Source of the DNA: Ascidiella aspersa
Lineage: Eukaryota
DNA: 64,000 nucleotides
Assembly (NCBI GenBank): GCA_963924565.1
Contig: OZ004608.1
Span: 14,012,001-14,076,000, forward strand
Direction: 5' to 3'
Shown: piece by piece, positions 62,905 to 64,000 of the stretch
Layout of the letters: the number at the start of each line of letters is the position of its first letter
Position numbering within the stretch: position 1 is the stretch's first letter
Position numbers and translations under genes: made by a program
The notes under the pieces: generated by a model
What the model was told of the DNA's origin: nothing
Databases searched by the model: none
Seen by the model: only the letters and a program-made list of their open reading frames with translations

Positions 62905-63780
62905 ATGAGTTTGGGGAAAAGTAAGTCCAATGAAGTCCTTCCATTGGAAGAAGTAAATCATCAAAATGCAGATGCATTGTCTACAATTTCAGTGGAGGTT
63001 GATGCCAAGGAACAATTGAAAACATCCCAAACTGTTATGTCATTTCACAAAATCCAGTATACGGTGGAAACTAAAGGTTTCTGTTGTCGAAAATCATCAA
63101 AGGAGATTTTGCATAATGTTAGGTAATTACTTTTTTAAGCTTTTATTAGAGTTACTTGCTTGATGCTTACTTAGGCAAGTTTGTTTACTGTTCAGTTTTA
63201 TTACTGTTTGTTTATTAGTAATCTATTACTTGGTATGTTACCACAGCCAAAAAACTATTGATTTAGCTATGAACTTATTTTTTTGGGGTACAATCCAGTT
63301 GCTAAGTTGGCAGCACTGGTTATTTTGCAATAAATGAATTGTTATATAAGAAAACATATAAAAAACAAAGTAAAATGATGAAACCTAATTCTTAACCAAT
63401 GAAAGGATATAACTAATATGGTCTTAAGACAAAGTATCATTACCTACACAAGGAAAGAAATTTGCCACAACATAACTAAAAAAACTTTTGTGGTCACTGT
63501 ATTTTTATAGTTGTTAGATTAAACCGTATATGTGTTTTATTTAATGAGTTGACAACTGACTTTAAACACCAAATGTATAATGCTTATTATATATTGCCAA
63601 ATATGCTACTTTGGTGTTAGCACAATATTGTTTAGCTACCTAATAGCTTTATTTTAAAGGACAATTTTATAGAGAATGATCTGGTTTCATAATTTTAATC
63701 ATTTTGTTTCAATTCTACAGTGGGGTTATGAAGCCCGGACTGAATGCCATAATGGGACCAACTGGCAGTGGAAAATCGTC
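62905..63780 (+). CDS. ABCG2: ABCG2-like ABC half transporter, first two coding exons; continues beyond the right edge
   Basis: Exons 62905-63122 and 63721-63780 (phase 2, GT-AG) join to ...VMSFHKIQYTVETKGFCCRKSSKEILHNVSGVMKPGLNAIMGPTGSGKS. This is an N-terminal nucleotide-binding domain with Walker A and the ABCG2-type MKPGLNAI.GPTG motif. Confidence 0.9.
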
Positions 63781-64000
63781 GTAAGTATATTGATGTGACC
63801 TGATCTGGCTTGTTTGCCACTAAAAGATCTGGCTTGTTTGCCACTAAAAGTCAATTGGAATTAATAATTTAATCGGCTTGCAGATAATTTGCGAGTTTAT
63901 ACATCTAATTTTAGCGAAAAATAGTAAGCATTATTTTTTCACTAATACCATCTTAAACCCCAGCCATTTTTATCCCACCTACATTGCCTTATGAAATGAT

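Overview
AT-rich, intron-containing animal genomic DNA. Short introns, dense hAT MITEs and apparent mosaic CpG depletion suggest an invertebrate chordate such as an ascidian, but the species cannot be proven from sequence alone. Four spliced genes were reconstructed by hand: (1) the 5' part of AP1AR/Gadkin (minus, 206-2563, running off the left edge); (2) a complete 11-exon, 496-aa DOPA-decarboxylase-like PLP enzyme (minus, 5502-15573) with a tandemly duplicated alternative first exon at 16293-16446; (3) KNTC1/Rod (minus, about 25.6-61.3 kb); (4) the first two coding exons of an ABCG2-type half transporter (plus, from 62905). The most unusual elements are: a 354-bp tRNA-mimic repeat unit dispersed as circularly permuted, TSD-flanked insertions with compensatory base changes, which looks like a ribozyme-less retrozyme or circular-RNA element; a young non-autonomous LTR element (19305-23658) with a degenerate gB-like env remnant, an internal hairpin array and an aberrant 3' end; and a Penelope-type minimal hammerhead ribozyme in sense orientation in a KNTC1 intron. 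All homology calls come from recalled protein motifs, not database searches.
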